Shown in pieces: positions 18,937-28,411 of a stretch of DNA of 64,000 bases; the stretch's first letter is position 1; every line of letters begins with the position of its first letter. Both the position numbers and the translations under genes were made by a program. The DNA is from Spirochaetia bacterium (GTDB lineage Bacteria; Spirochaetota; Spirochaetia; SZUA-6; Bin103), in NCBI GenBank assembly GCA_965203055.1, contig OZ241863.1, forward strand, positions 352,001 to 416,000. Reading direction: 5' to 3'. Under the pieces are notes generated by a model that made no database searches, was not told the DNA's origin, and was given only the letters and a program-made list of their open reading frames with translations.

Positions 18937-20523
18937 CTACTGCACCGCCTCGTTGGACAGATCGACCAACTGGCCGTAGCGCAGCGAGTCGAGCCCATCC
19001 ACGAAGCTGTCCCACTCATCCAGCGGCTTGGTGCCGTTGATGAACTTGATGTAGTTCTCGAGGATGTAGGTCTGGACGTTGTTCTTGATGTCGGCCGCCA
19101 GGCCGGACTGATCGCCGTACTTCGGCGTGGGCGGGAAGTAGGTTTCGATCCCGGTCGCTTCCACCGCGGCGATGTAGTCGAGCAGCGGGCGCAGCTCGGC
19201 GTTGGTATAGAACCGGGTCTCAAGCTGCGTTTGATCGGTTCGCAGGCGGAAGAACTCCTCGTAGCCGATGCCGCTCTCGTTCCTCATCCAGTCCAGGATG
19301 CCGCCGCCGTACATGTCGAGATGTTCGTTGTTGTTGATCTCGTGGCGGGTAAAGGGGAAGGCGAACGTGCCATCGTCGCGCACCACGTAGTGCAGCCCCT
19401 CCACCGGTCCCAGCCGCCAGCGCGGCTCCTTGTCGATGTCGTACATGTCGTTGAACAGCACGAAGATGTTGTCGATCGCCTCGGACGAGGCGGCGACGAA
19501 CGTGTTGCGGCTGCTGCGGAACGGATTGAAGACCGCGCGCAACGGAGCCTGCACTCCCTGGTAGGTGGGGCGCGGGATGATCGTGAACCCGAACGAGGGA
19601 TCGATCTGCTGCACCGTCTGGGTGTCGACGATCAGCCGCCCGGAATGCTCGAACTCCACCACCAGGTCGCCGGCCATCAGCATCCCTTCCCAGACACGGT
19701 CCGGCTGCGCGGCGAACTCAGGATGAATGATCCCCAATTCATACCAGCGCGCCATCAGCTCCACCGCCTCGCGGGTCAGCTCGGCGCGCGTCGCATACTG
19801 GTTTTCGAACTGCTCGGTGGCCGGGTTCCACCACGGCACGTCCTGCACCGAGGTTCCCATGATCCGCGGCAGCAGGTCGAACGCGGTCGAGCCGGTGGCC
19901 ATGTCGCGCATGCTGAGGATCGGCTTGCCGTGGTTCTCCAGGATGTCGAGAAACGCCCGTTCCAGATCGGCCACGGTCCTGATCTCCTCCGGCTCCATGG
20001 CGGTAAGCAGATCCTCGCGGAACAGGATGGCCCGTCCGGACCGGAACACGCCCTCCTCCCAGGTGTTGACCGCGGGAAAGTTGTACAGCTCCCCGTCGTC
20101 GGCGGTTACCTCGCCCAACAGCTCCCAGCCGTACTTGTCCACGTACCTCTTGAGATTGGGCACCTGGTCCAGATTCTCGCCGATGTTGACGAACGGCCCA
20201 CTCGGGGCGACCAGGTTCAACTGCCGGAACGCACTGCCGTGAGAAATCATGTCGGGCAGATCGCGGGACGCGATGAGCACGTTGATCTTGTCCACCGCCA
20301 CGTCATTGCTCAACGCGATCGGATTGACTTTCAGGTTGGCGACCTCGGCTACCAGCTCCCACAGATCGAGCTCGGGATTGTCGTAGCTGAACGCGGTCGA
20401 GTGGATTACCCAGTCAACCTCCCGGGCTTCTCCGGCGTCGGCCATTTCGGCCTCCCCGGTTGCGAACAGCGGTCCGCCACTGGCCATCAGTAGCAGTGTC
20501 GGTAACAGATACTTCACCTTCAT
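18937..20523 (-). CDS. Carbohydrate ABC transporter solute-binding protein (LplA-like)
   Basis: RBS GAGGAGG, signal peptide MKVKYLLPTLL...FATGEAE, C-terminal KFINGTKPLDEWDSFV. Confidence 0.88.
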   Translation of the reverse strand: MKVKYLLPTLLLMASGGPLFATGEAEMADAGEAREVDWVIHSTAFSYDNPELDLWELVAEVANLKVNPIALSNDVAVDKINVLIASRDLPDMISHGSAFRQLNLVAPSGPFVNIGENLDQVPNLKRYVDKYGWELLGEVTADDGELYNFPAVNTWEEGVFRSGRAILFREDLLTAMEPEEIRTVADLERAFLDILENHGKPILSMRDMATGSTAFDLLPRIMGTSVQDVPWWNPATEQFENQYATRAELTREAVELMARWYELGIIHPEFAAQPDRVWEGMLMAGDLVVEFEHSGRLIVDTQTVQQIDPSFGFTIIPRPTYQGVQAPLRAVFNPFRSSRNTFVAASSEAIDNIFVLFNDMYDIDKEPRWRLGPVEGLHYVVRDDGTFAFPFTRHEINNNEHLDMYGGGILDWMRNESGIGYEEFFRLRTDQTQLETRFYTNAELRPLLDYIAAVEATGIETYFPPTPKYGDQSGLAADIKNNVQTYILENYIKFINGTKPLDEWDSFVDGLDSLRYGQLVDLSNEAVQ

Positions 20524-20576
20524 GGTTACCTCCTCAAGGTGATAATGGTTGCATTCGATGGTCATGTAAGGTGCCC

Positions 20577-21461
20577 TCAGCCCTTGATGCTGCCGATGAG
20601 CACGCCCCGGATGAAGTATTTTTGCAGAAACGGGTAGATCAGGATTATCGGTCCGATGCTGACCAGGATCGCCGCCATCTTCAGCTTCTCCACCAGTCCG
20701 GTCTGAATGAGGGCGGAGCCGGAGACGTCGACGCTGGCGCCGCCGCGCTGCACCTGTTCGACGATCAGCTTGCGCAGCACGAGCTGCAGCGGGTACTTGC
20801 GGTCGTCGACGAGGTAGAGCAGGGGGGCGAAGAAGCTGTTCCACTGCCGCACTACGATCCACAGCGACAGCGTGGCGATGATCGCCTTGGACAGCGGCAG
20901 GTAGATGCGCCACATGATGGTGAAGTGGTTGGCGCCGTCCATCGACGCCGACTCGCGCAGGCTCGCGGGAAGAGTCTGGAAGTTGGTGCGCAGAATGACT
21001 ACGTGGAACAGGGTCACCGCGCTCGGCAGCACCAGCGCCCATACCGTGTTCATCAGGCCGTAGGTCTGGATCGTCAACACCGTCGGTATCAGGCCGCCCT
21101 CGAAGAAGATGGGAATGACCAGCAGCACCGTGAACAGGCCGCGCCCGCGCAGGTTGTCGATCGACAGGCCGTACGCGATGTTGGCGGTGAGGAAGATGCC
21201 GACGAGCCAGGCCGCCAGGCAGTAGTAGATGGTGTTGAGGTAGGAACGCAGGATGGTGTCGTCGTTCAGGACGATCTGAAAGCCTCGCAGGTCGATCGGC
21301 GCTATCGGCAGCAGCCACACTTCGTTGCGCATCACGCTGTGCGGCTCACTCAGGGAGACCGCAATGACGTACACGAACGGGTACACGAACGCGATGGTGA
21401 GCAGCACCATGCAGCCGTGGTTGAACAGATCGAAGGCGCTCGCCGCGGCGCCGCGTCTCAC
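20577..21461 (-). CDS. Carbohydrate ABC transporter permease (LplC-like)
   Basis: ESASMDGA (EAA loop) and YPFLQKYFIRGVLIGSIKG. The GTG start overlaps the upstream stop. Confidence 0.92.
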   Translation of the reverse strand: MRRGAAASAFDLFNHGCMVLLTIAFVYPFVYVIAVSLSEPHSVMRNEVWLLPIAPIDLRGFQIVLNDDTILRSYLNTIYYCLAAWLVGIFLTANIAYGLSIDNLRGRGLFTVLLVIPIFFEGGLIPTVLTIQTYGLMNTVWALVLPSAVTLFHVVILRTNFQTLPASLRESASMDGANHFTIMWRIYLPLSKAIIATLSLWIVVRQWNSFFAPLLYLVDDRKYPLQLVLRKLIVEQVQRGGASVDVSGSALIQTGLVEKLKMAAILVSIGPIILIYPFLQKYFIRGVLIGSIKG

Positions 21462-22438
21462 CAAAGACTGTACTCCGTGAGCTTGCGCGACAGGCGGTTG
21501 GCGCCAATCAGCAGGAAGAAGGACAGCACGGCGTTGAACAGCCCCACCGCGGTGGCGTAACTGTAGTTGAGGTTCTCGATGCCGCGGCGGTAGACGTAGG
21601 TCGCGACCACGTCCGCCACCTCGTAGGTGGACGGATTGTACATCAGAAAGATCTTCTCGAAGCCGAGCTCGAGCAGATCGCCGACGCGAAGGATGAACAG
21701 GATCATGATGGTCGGCAGGATGCCGGGTATGGTCACGTAGATCGCCTTCTGCAGGCGGGAAGCCCCGTCGATGGTGGCGGCCTCGTAGAGTTCCGGGTTG
21801 ATGCCCGCTATCGCGGCCAGATAGACGATCGAACCCCAGCCGACTCCCTGCCAGATATCGGAACCTACGTAGAGTGGGCGGAACGCCTCCGGCAGTGAGA
21901 AGAACGGCAGCGCTTCGCCGCCGAAGTCGATGATGAACTTGTTCACCACTCCGGAAAAGGAGAACATCTTCATCATGATGCCGACGATCACTACCGTCGA
22001 GACGAAGTGCGGCAGGTAGCTGATGGTCTGGGTGACCTTCTTGAACGGACCGACGCCCAGTTCGTTGAGCAGCAGGGCGAACAGGATGGGGGCCGGGAAC
22101 GCGAACACCAGCAGCAACAGGTTGAGCACCAGCATGTTGCGCATGATGCGCACGAAGTAGGGCCCGGTTACGAACAGTTCGAAATGGGTAAGGCCCACGA
22201 AGGGGCTGTTCAGGAAGCCGAGCCAGGGGTTGTAGTCCTGCAAGGCGATGATGACGCCGAACATCGGCACGTACTTGAACGCCAAGTAGATCAGCAGCGG
22301 CACCAGAATCATGACGTAGGCGCTGCGATTCTGGCGCAGGTAGTGGTGGCGCAGCTTGCCGCCTCGGGCCGCTGCGGCAGCCGCGGGGGAGGCTGCCACG
22401 ACGCTTCCGGCACCTGGTTGGCTGCGGTGATCGCCCAC
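21458..22438 (-). CDS. Carbohydrate ABC transporter permease (LplB-like)
   Basis: YLPHFVS, GWGSIVYLAAI and LYEAATIDGA motifs. Confidence 0.92.
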   Translation of the reverse strand: MGDHRSQPGAGSVVAASPAAAAAARGGKLRHHYLRQNRSAYVMILVPLLIYLAFKYVPMFGVIIALQDYNPWLGFLNSPFVGLTHFELFVTGPYFVRIMRNMLVLNLLLLVFAFPAPILFALLLNELGVGPFKKVTQTISYLPHFVSTVVIVGIMMKMFSFSGVVNKFIIDFGGEALPFFSLPEAFRPLYVGSDIWQGVGWGSIVYLAAIAGINPELYEAATIDGASRLQKAIYVTIPGILPTIMILFILRVGDLLELGFEKIFLMYNPSTYEVADVVATYVYRRGIENLNYSYATAVGLFNAVLSFFLLIGANRLSRKLTEYSLW

Positions 22439-22447
22439 GGCGCACCG

Positions 22448-22476
22448 AGTATCCGCGCGCGCCCGGCGCCGGTCAA
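22448..22476 (-). promoter_or_regulatory. Putative sigma70 promoter of the sugar ABC operon
   Basis: TTGACC-17 nt-GATACT, 9 nt before the GTG. Confidence 0.55.
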
Positions 22477-22508
22477 GCGAGACGCCGCGGACCGGGCGCG
22501 GCGCGCGG

Positions 22509-23396
22509 TCAGATCACGTTCTGGGCGGCGGTGAACAACGGCTGCATGCGTTGCCGATGCGCGGCTGCGGCGGCCGCCGCAGCGTGGTCGTCGTCGGCGG
22601 CGCCGGTGAAGCGCGCCGCGGCGTCGAGGATGCGCGGCAGCAGGGTCATGTCGCCGGCCGTGTTCAGGAACACCCCCGGGTGCGCCAGGACCCAATGCAC
22701 CGCGGCGTCGATGTCCGGCTGGCGGGCCAACGGTTCGTACCAGGTCGGGTGCGGGCGCGCGCTGCCGGTCCAGCGGCGGCGCGCGACGGCCTTGATGGTC
22801 TGCACCGCCACCCCGCGCTGCCGGCACAGCTCATGCAGCTCGGTGAAGTCGGCGGCGTATTCCGGAAGCTGAAACATGGGGTAGTTGAGGGGCAGCAGAA
22901 CCGCATCGAAGGGATGGCGCTGCAGCGCGTCGCGGTGCATCCGCGCCACCGTGACGCCGTGCCCGGTCACGCCGATGTAGCGCGCCAGCCCCTCCTCGCG
23001 CGCCCGGATCAGCGCCTCGAGCGCGCCGCCGGGGCCCAGCGCCTGGCGCCACTCCTCCGGTTCGGTGAGGCTGTGCAGCTGGATGAGGTCCACCTGGTCC
23101 ACCTGCAGGCGCCGCAGTGAGCGTTCCAACTGGTCGCGCGCCCCCGCGGCGCTGCGCTCGCCGGTTTTGGTGGCCAGGAAGAAGCGCCGGCGGTGGCGCC
23201 GCATCCACGGGCCGATGCGCAGTTCGGAGTCGCCGTAGCCGGCCGCGGTATCGATATGGTTGACGCCGTACTGCAGGAGCACCTCCAGCGTGCGGTCGGC
23301 TTCCTCCTGGGAAGCGCGCGCCAAGGCGGTGCCGCCGAAGATGCAGCGCGTGCTGCGCCGGCCGGTGCTGCCGAACGGAGTGGTGGAGATCGTCAT
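22509..23396 (-). CDS. Aldo/keto reductase
   Basis: [17 protein letters not shown] and DLIQLH motifs. ATGA overlap with ribH. Confidence 0.9.
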   Translation of the reverse strand: MTISTTPFGSTGRRSTRCIFGGTALARASQEEADRTLEVLLQYGVNHIDTAAGYGDSELRIGPWMRRHRRRFFLATKTGERSAAGARDQLERSLRRLQVDQVDLIQLHSLTEPEEWRQALGPGGALEALIRAREEGLARYIGVTGHGVTVARMHRDALQRHPFDAVLLPLNYPMFQLPEYAADFTELHELCRQRGVAVQTIKAVARRRWTGSARPHPTWYEPLARQPDIDAAVHWVLAHPGVFLNTAGDMTLLPRILDAAARFTGAADDDHAAAAAAAAHRQRMQPLFTAAQNVI

Positions 23397-23884
23397 GCTT
23401 CCTCCCGCGGCGCCGCCAACTCATCGATGCGGCGCAGCACGTTGCTCATCTCCAACGCCGACAGGGCGGCGTTCCAGCCGAGGTTTCCCTGCTTGGCGCC
23501 GGCGCGCTCGAGCGCCTGCTCGAGGCTGGCCGCGGTGATGATGGCGAAGGTCATCGGCACGCCGGCGGCGGCCGATTCGCGCGCTATCCCGGCGGCGGCG
23601 TTGCCGGCCACGTACTGGTGATGGTCGGTGGCGCCTTCGATGACCGCTCCCAGACACACCACCGCGGCGCAACGCAACCGCTGCGCCACCCGCCGCGCCG
23701 CCAGCGGAATCTCGAACGCGCCCGGAACCCATACCACGGTAATCAGTTCCGGCGCTACCCCGTGGCGGCGCAGGCAGTCGCCGGCTCCCTCCACCAGGCG
23801 GTTGGTGATCAGCTCGTTGAAGCGGCTGGCCACCAGCGCGAAGCGGCGCCCGGCGCCCTCGTAGGTGCCCTCGATCAGTTGCAC
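23393..23884 (-). CDS. ribH: 6,7-dimethyl-8-ribityllumazine synthase
   Basis: [20 protein letters not shown] and QALERAG motifs. Confidence 0.95.
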   Translation of the reverse strand: MQLIEGTYEGAGRRFALVASRFNELITNRLVEGAGDCLRRHGVAPELITVVWVPGAFEIPLAARRVAQRLRCAAVVCLGAVIEGATDHHQYVAGNAAAGIARESAAAGVPMTFAIITAASLEQALERAGAKQGNLGWNAALSALEMSNVLRRIDELAAPREEA

Positions 23885-25101
23885 CGCGCCGCCTCCGCAA
23901 CCGCATCCACGCTGACCACCGGCAGGCGGTGGTCAGCGGCCAGTCGGCGCAGCTCCGCGGCGCCGGCCATGCTGCCATCTTCGGCCATGATCTCGCAGAT
24001 CACCGCCACCGGCCGGCAGCCGGCCAGCCGCATCAGCTCCAGGGCGGCTTCGGTGTGGCCGGGGCGGACGCGCACGCCGCCGGGGTCGCCGATGATCGGG
24101 AACACGTGGCCGGGGCGGGCGAACTCCTCCGCCGCGGCGGCCGGGTCGGCGAGCGCGGCGATGGTGGCGGCGCGGTCCGCGGCCGAGGTGCCGGTCGAGG
24201 TGCCGCCGCGGTAATCGACCGATACGGTGAACGCGGTGCCGTGCAGCGCGCTGTTCTCCGCGGTCATGGGCGGCAGGTCGAGTTCGGCGGCGCGCCGCGC
24301 GGTGAGTGGCACGCAGACCAAGCCGCGCCCGCGGCTGACCATGAAGTTCACCGCCGCGGGGGTGGCGTGTTGGGCGGCGATCACCAGGTCGCCCTCGTTT
24401 TCCCGCGCCGCGTGGTCGGTAACGATGATCATCCGCCCGGCAGCCAGCGCCGCGGCGGCCTCGGCCACGCCGCCGGGGGCGGCCTCCGGCGGGGCCTGAG
24501 TCTGCAGCGACTCGAGATACTTGGCGATCATGTCCACCTCCAGATTCACCGCGGCGCCCGGCTTGCGGTCGCGCAACGCGGTGTGACGTGCGGTGTAGGG
24601 AATGATGGAGAACGTGACGCGGTTGCCGGCGAGCTCGGCAACGGTCAGGCTGACGCCGTTGACGGCCAGCGATCCTTCGAGGGCCACGTAGCGCCGCAGG
24701 CGCGGCGGTACGTCGATCTCGAAACGCCAGGCCCCGGCGTCTCCTTCCGGCGCCGCGCCGAACGGCGCCCAGACGCGCACGCTGCCGGTGGCGTTGACGT
24801 GGCCTTGCACGAAGTGGCCGGCAAGCCGACTGCCGACCGCCAGCGCCCGCTCCAGATTGACGCGGTCACCTGCCCGCAACGAGCCGAGCGTGGTCTTGCG
24901 CAGCGTAGCGCCCCCGGCCTCCACCACGAACCGATCCGCGCGGCGGCTCACCACGGTCTGGCAGACGCCGTCCACGGCCACCGACGCGCCGGGCGCCAGG
25001 TCGTCGAGGACCCGCGCGCAGCCGATGGTCAGCCGTACGCCGCCGCCCGCGCCGGCGCGGTCGAGGATGGTGCCGATCTCTTCGACGATGCCGGAAAACA
25101 T
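23875..25101 (-). CDS. ribE-ribB: Fused riboflavin synthase (alpha) and 3,4-dihydroxy-2-butanone-4-phosphate synthase
   Basis: N-terminal MFSGIVEEIG...VNLEVDMIAKY. C-terminal RENEGDL, TAFTVSVD, RPGHVFP, GHTEA and ICEI, all in one ORF. Confidence 0.9.
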   Translation of the reverse strand: MFSGIVEEIGTILDRAGAGGGVRLTIGCARVLDDLAPGASVAVDGVCQTVVSRRADRFVVEAGGATLRKTTLGSLRAGDRVNLERALAVGSRLAGHFVQGHVNATGSVRVWAPFGAAPEGDAGAWRFEIDVPPRLRRYVALEGSLAVNGVSLTVAELAGNRVTFSIIPYTARHTALRDRKPGAAVNLEVDMIAKYLESLQTQAPPEAAPGGVAEAAAALAAGRMIIVTDHAARENEGDLVIAAQHATPAAVNFMVSRGRGLVCVPLTARRAAELDLPPMTAENSALHGTAFTVSVDYRGGTSTGTSAADRAATIAALADPAAAAEEFARPGHVFPIIGDPGGVRVRPGHTEAALELMRLAGCRPVAVICEIMAEDGSMAGAAELRRLAADHRLPVVSVDAVAEAARCN

Positions 25102-25106
25102 CGGCC

Positions 25107-26291
25107 TTACCGGATCCCGGCGCCCGCCGGCGCCGCGGCGGCGGCCGGAACCACGGCCCGCCGCAGAGTGTCCAGGTCGCGGTAGCCGGTGACCATCACC
25201 TGGTCGTTGATGGCCGTGGTGGTGACGCCGCGCAGGCGCACTGAGTCGGTGAGCCGCTCGCTGCCCAGGTCGCCCACGGCGTCGACGCCGGCGCCGATCA
25301 GCAGCGGCGCCAGAAACACGGTGAGCTGATCGAAGCGCCCGGCGCGCAGCAAGGAGGTGTATACCGCGGCTCCTCCTTCCACCAGGAGCGAGCGAATGCC
25401 GTGCTCGTAGAGGGTCCGCAGCGCCTCGTCGACGTCCACCCGCCCGGCCGCGTCGGCCGCTACGGTGCGCACCTGCGCGCCGCGCGCGGCCAGCGCGGCG
25501 CGCCGCGCCGGGTCGGCGCCGGCAGTGGTCAGGACCATGGTCCGGCGCGCCAGCCGGTCGCTGGCCAGCCGCGCGCCGGGCGGCAGCGAGAGGCGGCTAT
25601 CGAGGACCACCCGCCGCGGCGGCGGGGCCGGCCGCCGGCCGGGTTCGACCTCGCGCACGGTGAGCCGCGGGTCGTCGCGCAGCGCCGTGCCGCGGCCCAC
25701 CAGAATGGCATCGTGCTCGGCGCGCATCCGCTGCACCACGCGGCGGGCCGTGTCGTCGGTGATCCAGCGCGAGTGCCCGCTGCCGGTGGCAATGCGGCCG
25801 TCGAGGGATTGCGCGATCTTCAAGTGCACGAAGGGGCGCCGGTAGTGGGCGGCGGTGAAGAACGGGAGATTGAGCCGCAACGCGGCCTCGGCCTGCACGC
25901 CCACGGTCACCTGAATGCCCGCGCTGCGCAGCAGGGCTACCCCGGAGCCGCTGACGCGGGGGTTGGGATCGAGGGTGGCTACCGTCACCTGCTCCAGCCC
26001 GGCGCGGATGATGCGCGGGGCGCAGGGCGGGGTGAGCTTGCCCGGGTAGGCGGCCGCGCACGGCTCCAGGTTGCAGTACAGGTGCGCTCCGCGCGGGCTC
26101 TCACGACACGCGTCGAGGGCCGCGGCTTCGGCGTGGCGCGCGCCGTGACGCTCGTGGAATCCCTCGCCGATGACCCGGCCATCCTTCATCACCACGCATC
26201 CGGTGAGCGGATTGGGCGAAGTGCGCCCGCGCCCGTGCTCGGCAAGTTGCAGCGCGCGCCGCATGTGGTTGCAATGGCTCGTTCCCGTCAC
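25107..26291 (-). CDS. ribD: Bifunctional riboflavin deaminase/reductase
   Basis: TSPNP, HAE, LEPC...PPC, SLDGRIA and LLVEGG motifs. Start placed downstream of the riboswitch. Confidence 0.94.
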   Translation of the reverse strand: MTGTSHCNHMRRALQLAEHGRGRTSPNPLTGCVVMKDGRVIGEGFHERHGARHAEAAALDACRESPRGAHLYCNLEPCAAAYPGKLTPPCAPRIIRAGLEQVTVATLDPNPRVSGSGVALLRSAGIQVTVGVQAEAALRLNLPFFTAAHYRRPFVHLKIAQSLDGRIATGSGHSRWITDDTARRVVQRMRAEHDAILVGRGTALRDDPRLTVREVEPGRRPAPPPRRVVLDSRLSLPPGARLASDRLARRTMVLTTAGADPARRAALAARGAQVRTVAADAAGRVDVDEALRTLYEHGIRSLLVEGGAAVYTSLLRAGRFDQLTVFLAPLLIGAGVDAVGDLGSERLTDSVRLRGVTTTAINDQVMVTGYRDLDTLRRAVVPAAAAAPAGAGIR

Positions 26292-26400
26292 GCTTCCCGT
26301 TCCGAGAACTCCGGCGGCGGAGGCACATCGGACGCAATACGCGATGCGGCAACGATGCGAGCGCACCGCCGGCGCCTGCGCGCGGGGCCCGAGGTCGTGC

Positions 26401-26548
26401 GAACTTCTCCCATCCGGACTGTCACCGTCGGCACCGGAGTTGCACCGGTTCAGTCCCCTCCACCTCACGTGAACGGGAGTAGTGGGCTGCGGGCGCCGCG
26501 AAGGCCGCCCTCACCACCGGTCTGGAATTACACCATGCCCCGAAGTTC
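26401..26548 (-). ncRNA. FMN riboswitch (RFN element)
   Basis: Minus strand CTTCGGGGCATGGTGTAATTCC.ACCGGTGGT...CCGGTGCAACTCCGGTGCCGACGGTGACAGTCCGGATGGGAGAAG, closed by a GAACTTC/GAAGTTC P1 stem, upstream of the rib operon. Confidence 0.96.
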
Positions 26549-26562
26549 TCTTTTCGGCGTCG

Positions 26563-26591
26563 AGTGTAGGGCTCCCGGCCGCGGCCGTCAA
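26563..26591 (-). promoter_or_regulatory. Sigma70 promoter of the rib operon
   Basis: TTGACG-17 nt-TACACT immediately upstream of the riboswitch. The -35 box overlaps the vapC stop. Confidence 0.7.
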
Positions 26592-27037
26592 CGATACGCC
26601 GGACGCAACGGCAGGAGGTCGATTCCCAGGTGTTCGGCGTTGTTGCGGATGCGTTCGTCGACCGACAGCAACGCCAGTTCGGTGACCAGATTGCGCGCCA
26701 TCAAGGCGGTGGCCAGATGGATCGCCTCGGCCGCCCGGAGCGGCTCCAGCGGGTAGGCGCGCCGCGCGCGGTCCACCACCTCCCGGTCGATCGAGAAGAT
26801 GGTCCAGTGCTCGGTCACCGAAGACAGCATGGACCGCGTCTGCGCGACCAGCGACACGCTGAGCATGCCCCGCGTCTGCCCGCGCTGCAGCACCCGGTCG
26901 CACTCGACCAGCGTAAGGTCGGAAGTCATGACCAGTTGCGCCGTCTGCAATGACTGGCGCACCTCATCACCTCCGGTCTCGCCAAGCAGCCAGATCAGTA
27001 CTGCGCTCGACTCGGCATACAGGTTGGGAGGCTTCAT
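26588..27037 (-). CDS. vapC: PIN-domain (VapC-like) toxin
   Basis: LYAESSAV, LTLVE, LRAAEAIHLATA and LSVDERI motifs. ATGA-coupled to the antitoxin. Confidence 0.85.
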   Translation of the reverse strand: MKPPNLYAESSAVLIWLLGETGGDEVRQSLQTAQLVMTSDLTLVECDRVLQRGQTRGMLSVSLVAQTRSMLSSVTEHWTIFSIDREVVDRARRAYPLEPLRAAEAIHLATALMARNLVTELALLSVDERIRNNAEHLGIDLLPLRPAYR

Positions 27038-27324
27038 CGCGAGCCGCGTTCCTCGTCCAGCAGGCGCCTGGCGGTGCCCTGGCTCAGCGAACGCGGCACG
27101 CGCGGATAGGACACGGCGACGTTGGGAGCGCCCATCCGCACGCGGCCGGCGCGGGCATGGCGAACCAGCCCGGAGTATGCGGCGCCGTTCGGTACGCCGG
27201 TCGGTTCGCGCAGCTCGGCCACCACCCGGCCGCGGTCGGTCACCAGAAACTCTTCGCCGCGGCGTACGCGGCGCACGTACTCGCTGAGTCGGTTCTTCAG
27301 TTCACGAATTCCGACGGAAACCAT
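27034..27324 (-). CDS. Phd/YefM family antitoxin
   Basis: VGIRELKNRLSEYVRRV..GE...VTDRGRVVAEL motif. Confidence 0.9.
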   Translation of the reverse strand: MVSVGIRELKNRLSEYVRRVRRGEEFLVTDRGRVVAELREPTGVPNGAAYSGLVRHARAGRVRMGAPNVAVSYPRVPRSLSQGTARRLLDEERGSR

Positions 27325-27325
27325 G

Positions 27326-27359
27326 GTAGCTACATTGTACCGTTATGTGGCCACATTGT
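27326..27359 (-). promoter_or_regulatory. TA promoter/operator: two palindromic boxes around the -10 (TACAAT)
   Basis: GTAGCTACATTGT and GTGGCCACATTGT are 21 bp apart. ATGTGGCCACAT is a perfect palindrome. Confidence 0.7.
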
Positions 27360-27399
27360 CCAACCGGTCGTGCGCTCGGTTTCGCCGCGCTGCCGCCGC

Positions 27400-28275
27400 T
27401 CATTGTGGCGCCGTGTGGCCACTTTGCGGGAGCTCGCCGGCGGCAAGGCCCAGGACCGCACCGGCGCGGCGCGCGAACTCGGGGTCGAGGCCGGCAGGGG
27501 TCAAGTCCACTCCCCGGGACAGGTGCTTCACCACCAGCCCCAGCGCCGCCAGCCGGGCATGGCGCTTGTCGTTGGCGGCTACCACGTGCCACGGGTGCGC
27601 CACCGTGGAAGTGTGGCGGAACATGTCTTCGATGGCGGCCTCATACTCGGACCAGCGCGACCGGTTACGTAGATCTTCGGGCGAAAGCTTCCAGCGCTTG
27701 AGCGGATCCCTCAGCCGGGCGCGGAACCGCTTGAGCTGCTCCTCCGGCGTGATGTGCAGAAAGATCTTCACCAGCCGGATGCCGTCATCGGCCAGCAGCC
27801 GCTCGAAGTCGTTGATCTCCGCATAGGCGCGGCGCCACTCGGCGTCGGCGGCGTAGCCTTCGACGCGCTCCACCAGTACGCGGCCGTACCAGGAGCGGTC
27901 GAACACCACCAACTGCCCCGGATAGGGCAGGCGCCGCCAGAAGCGGTACAGGTAGGGCTGCCCCTGTTCTTCGGGATTGGGGGCGGCGATCGGCCACACC
28001 TTGAAGCCGCGCGGGTCGAGCGGCCATCCGAGGCGCCGGATGATGCCGCCCTTGCCGGCCGCGTCCCAGCCTTCGAACACCACTACCCCGCGCCGCCGGT
28101 GGGCGCGATAGGCCAGGGAAAGTTCCTTCAGCTCATGCTGCCGGCGTTCCAGCCGGGGCTCGTATTCGCGGCGCGCGACGCGCGGGCTCAGGTCCAGACC
28201 GGCCAGGCTGGGCGGGCGCCGCTGCAGCCGGATCGGAGGCCGCTGGCTGACCCTTTGCTTCGATTTTCCTGCCAT
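27400..28275 (-). CDS. ppk2: Polyphosphate kinase 2 family protein
   Basis: FEGWDAAGKGG, FDRSWYGRVLVERV and KRWKLSPED motifs. Confidence 0.92.
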   Translation of the reverse strand: MAGKSKQRVSQRPPIRLQRRPPSLAGLDLSPRVARREYEPRLERRQHELKELSLAYRAHRRRGVVVFEGWDAAGKGGIIRRLGWPLDPRGFKVWPIAAPNPEEQGQPYLYRFWRRLPYPGQLVVFDRSWYGRVLVERVEGYAADAEWRRAYAEINDFERLLADDGIRLVKIFLHITPEEQLKRFRARLRDPLKRWKLSPEDLRNRSRWSEYEAAIEDMFRHTSTVAHPWHVVAANDKRHARLAALGLVVKHLSRGVDLTPAGLDPEFARRAGAVLGLAAGELPQSGHTAPQ

Positions 28276-28411
28276 ACCGGCGCCTCCCGTTCAACCCCGC
28301 ATGCGGTTGGTGATGCCAAGCGCCGCCGGTCAGGCGCGGTTGGCGGGCCGTCAACATCCCCCCGCATGCGGCGGTGATGCTCTATAGTATGCTTATCGGG
28401 AGATTCACCTC

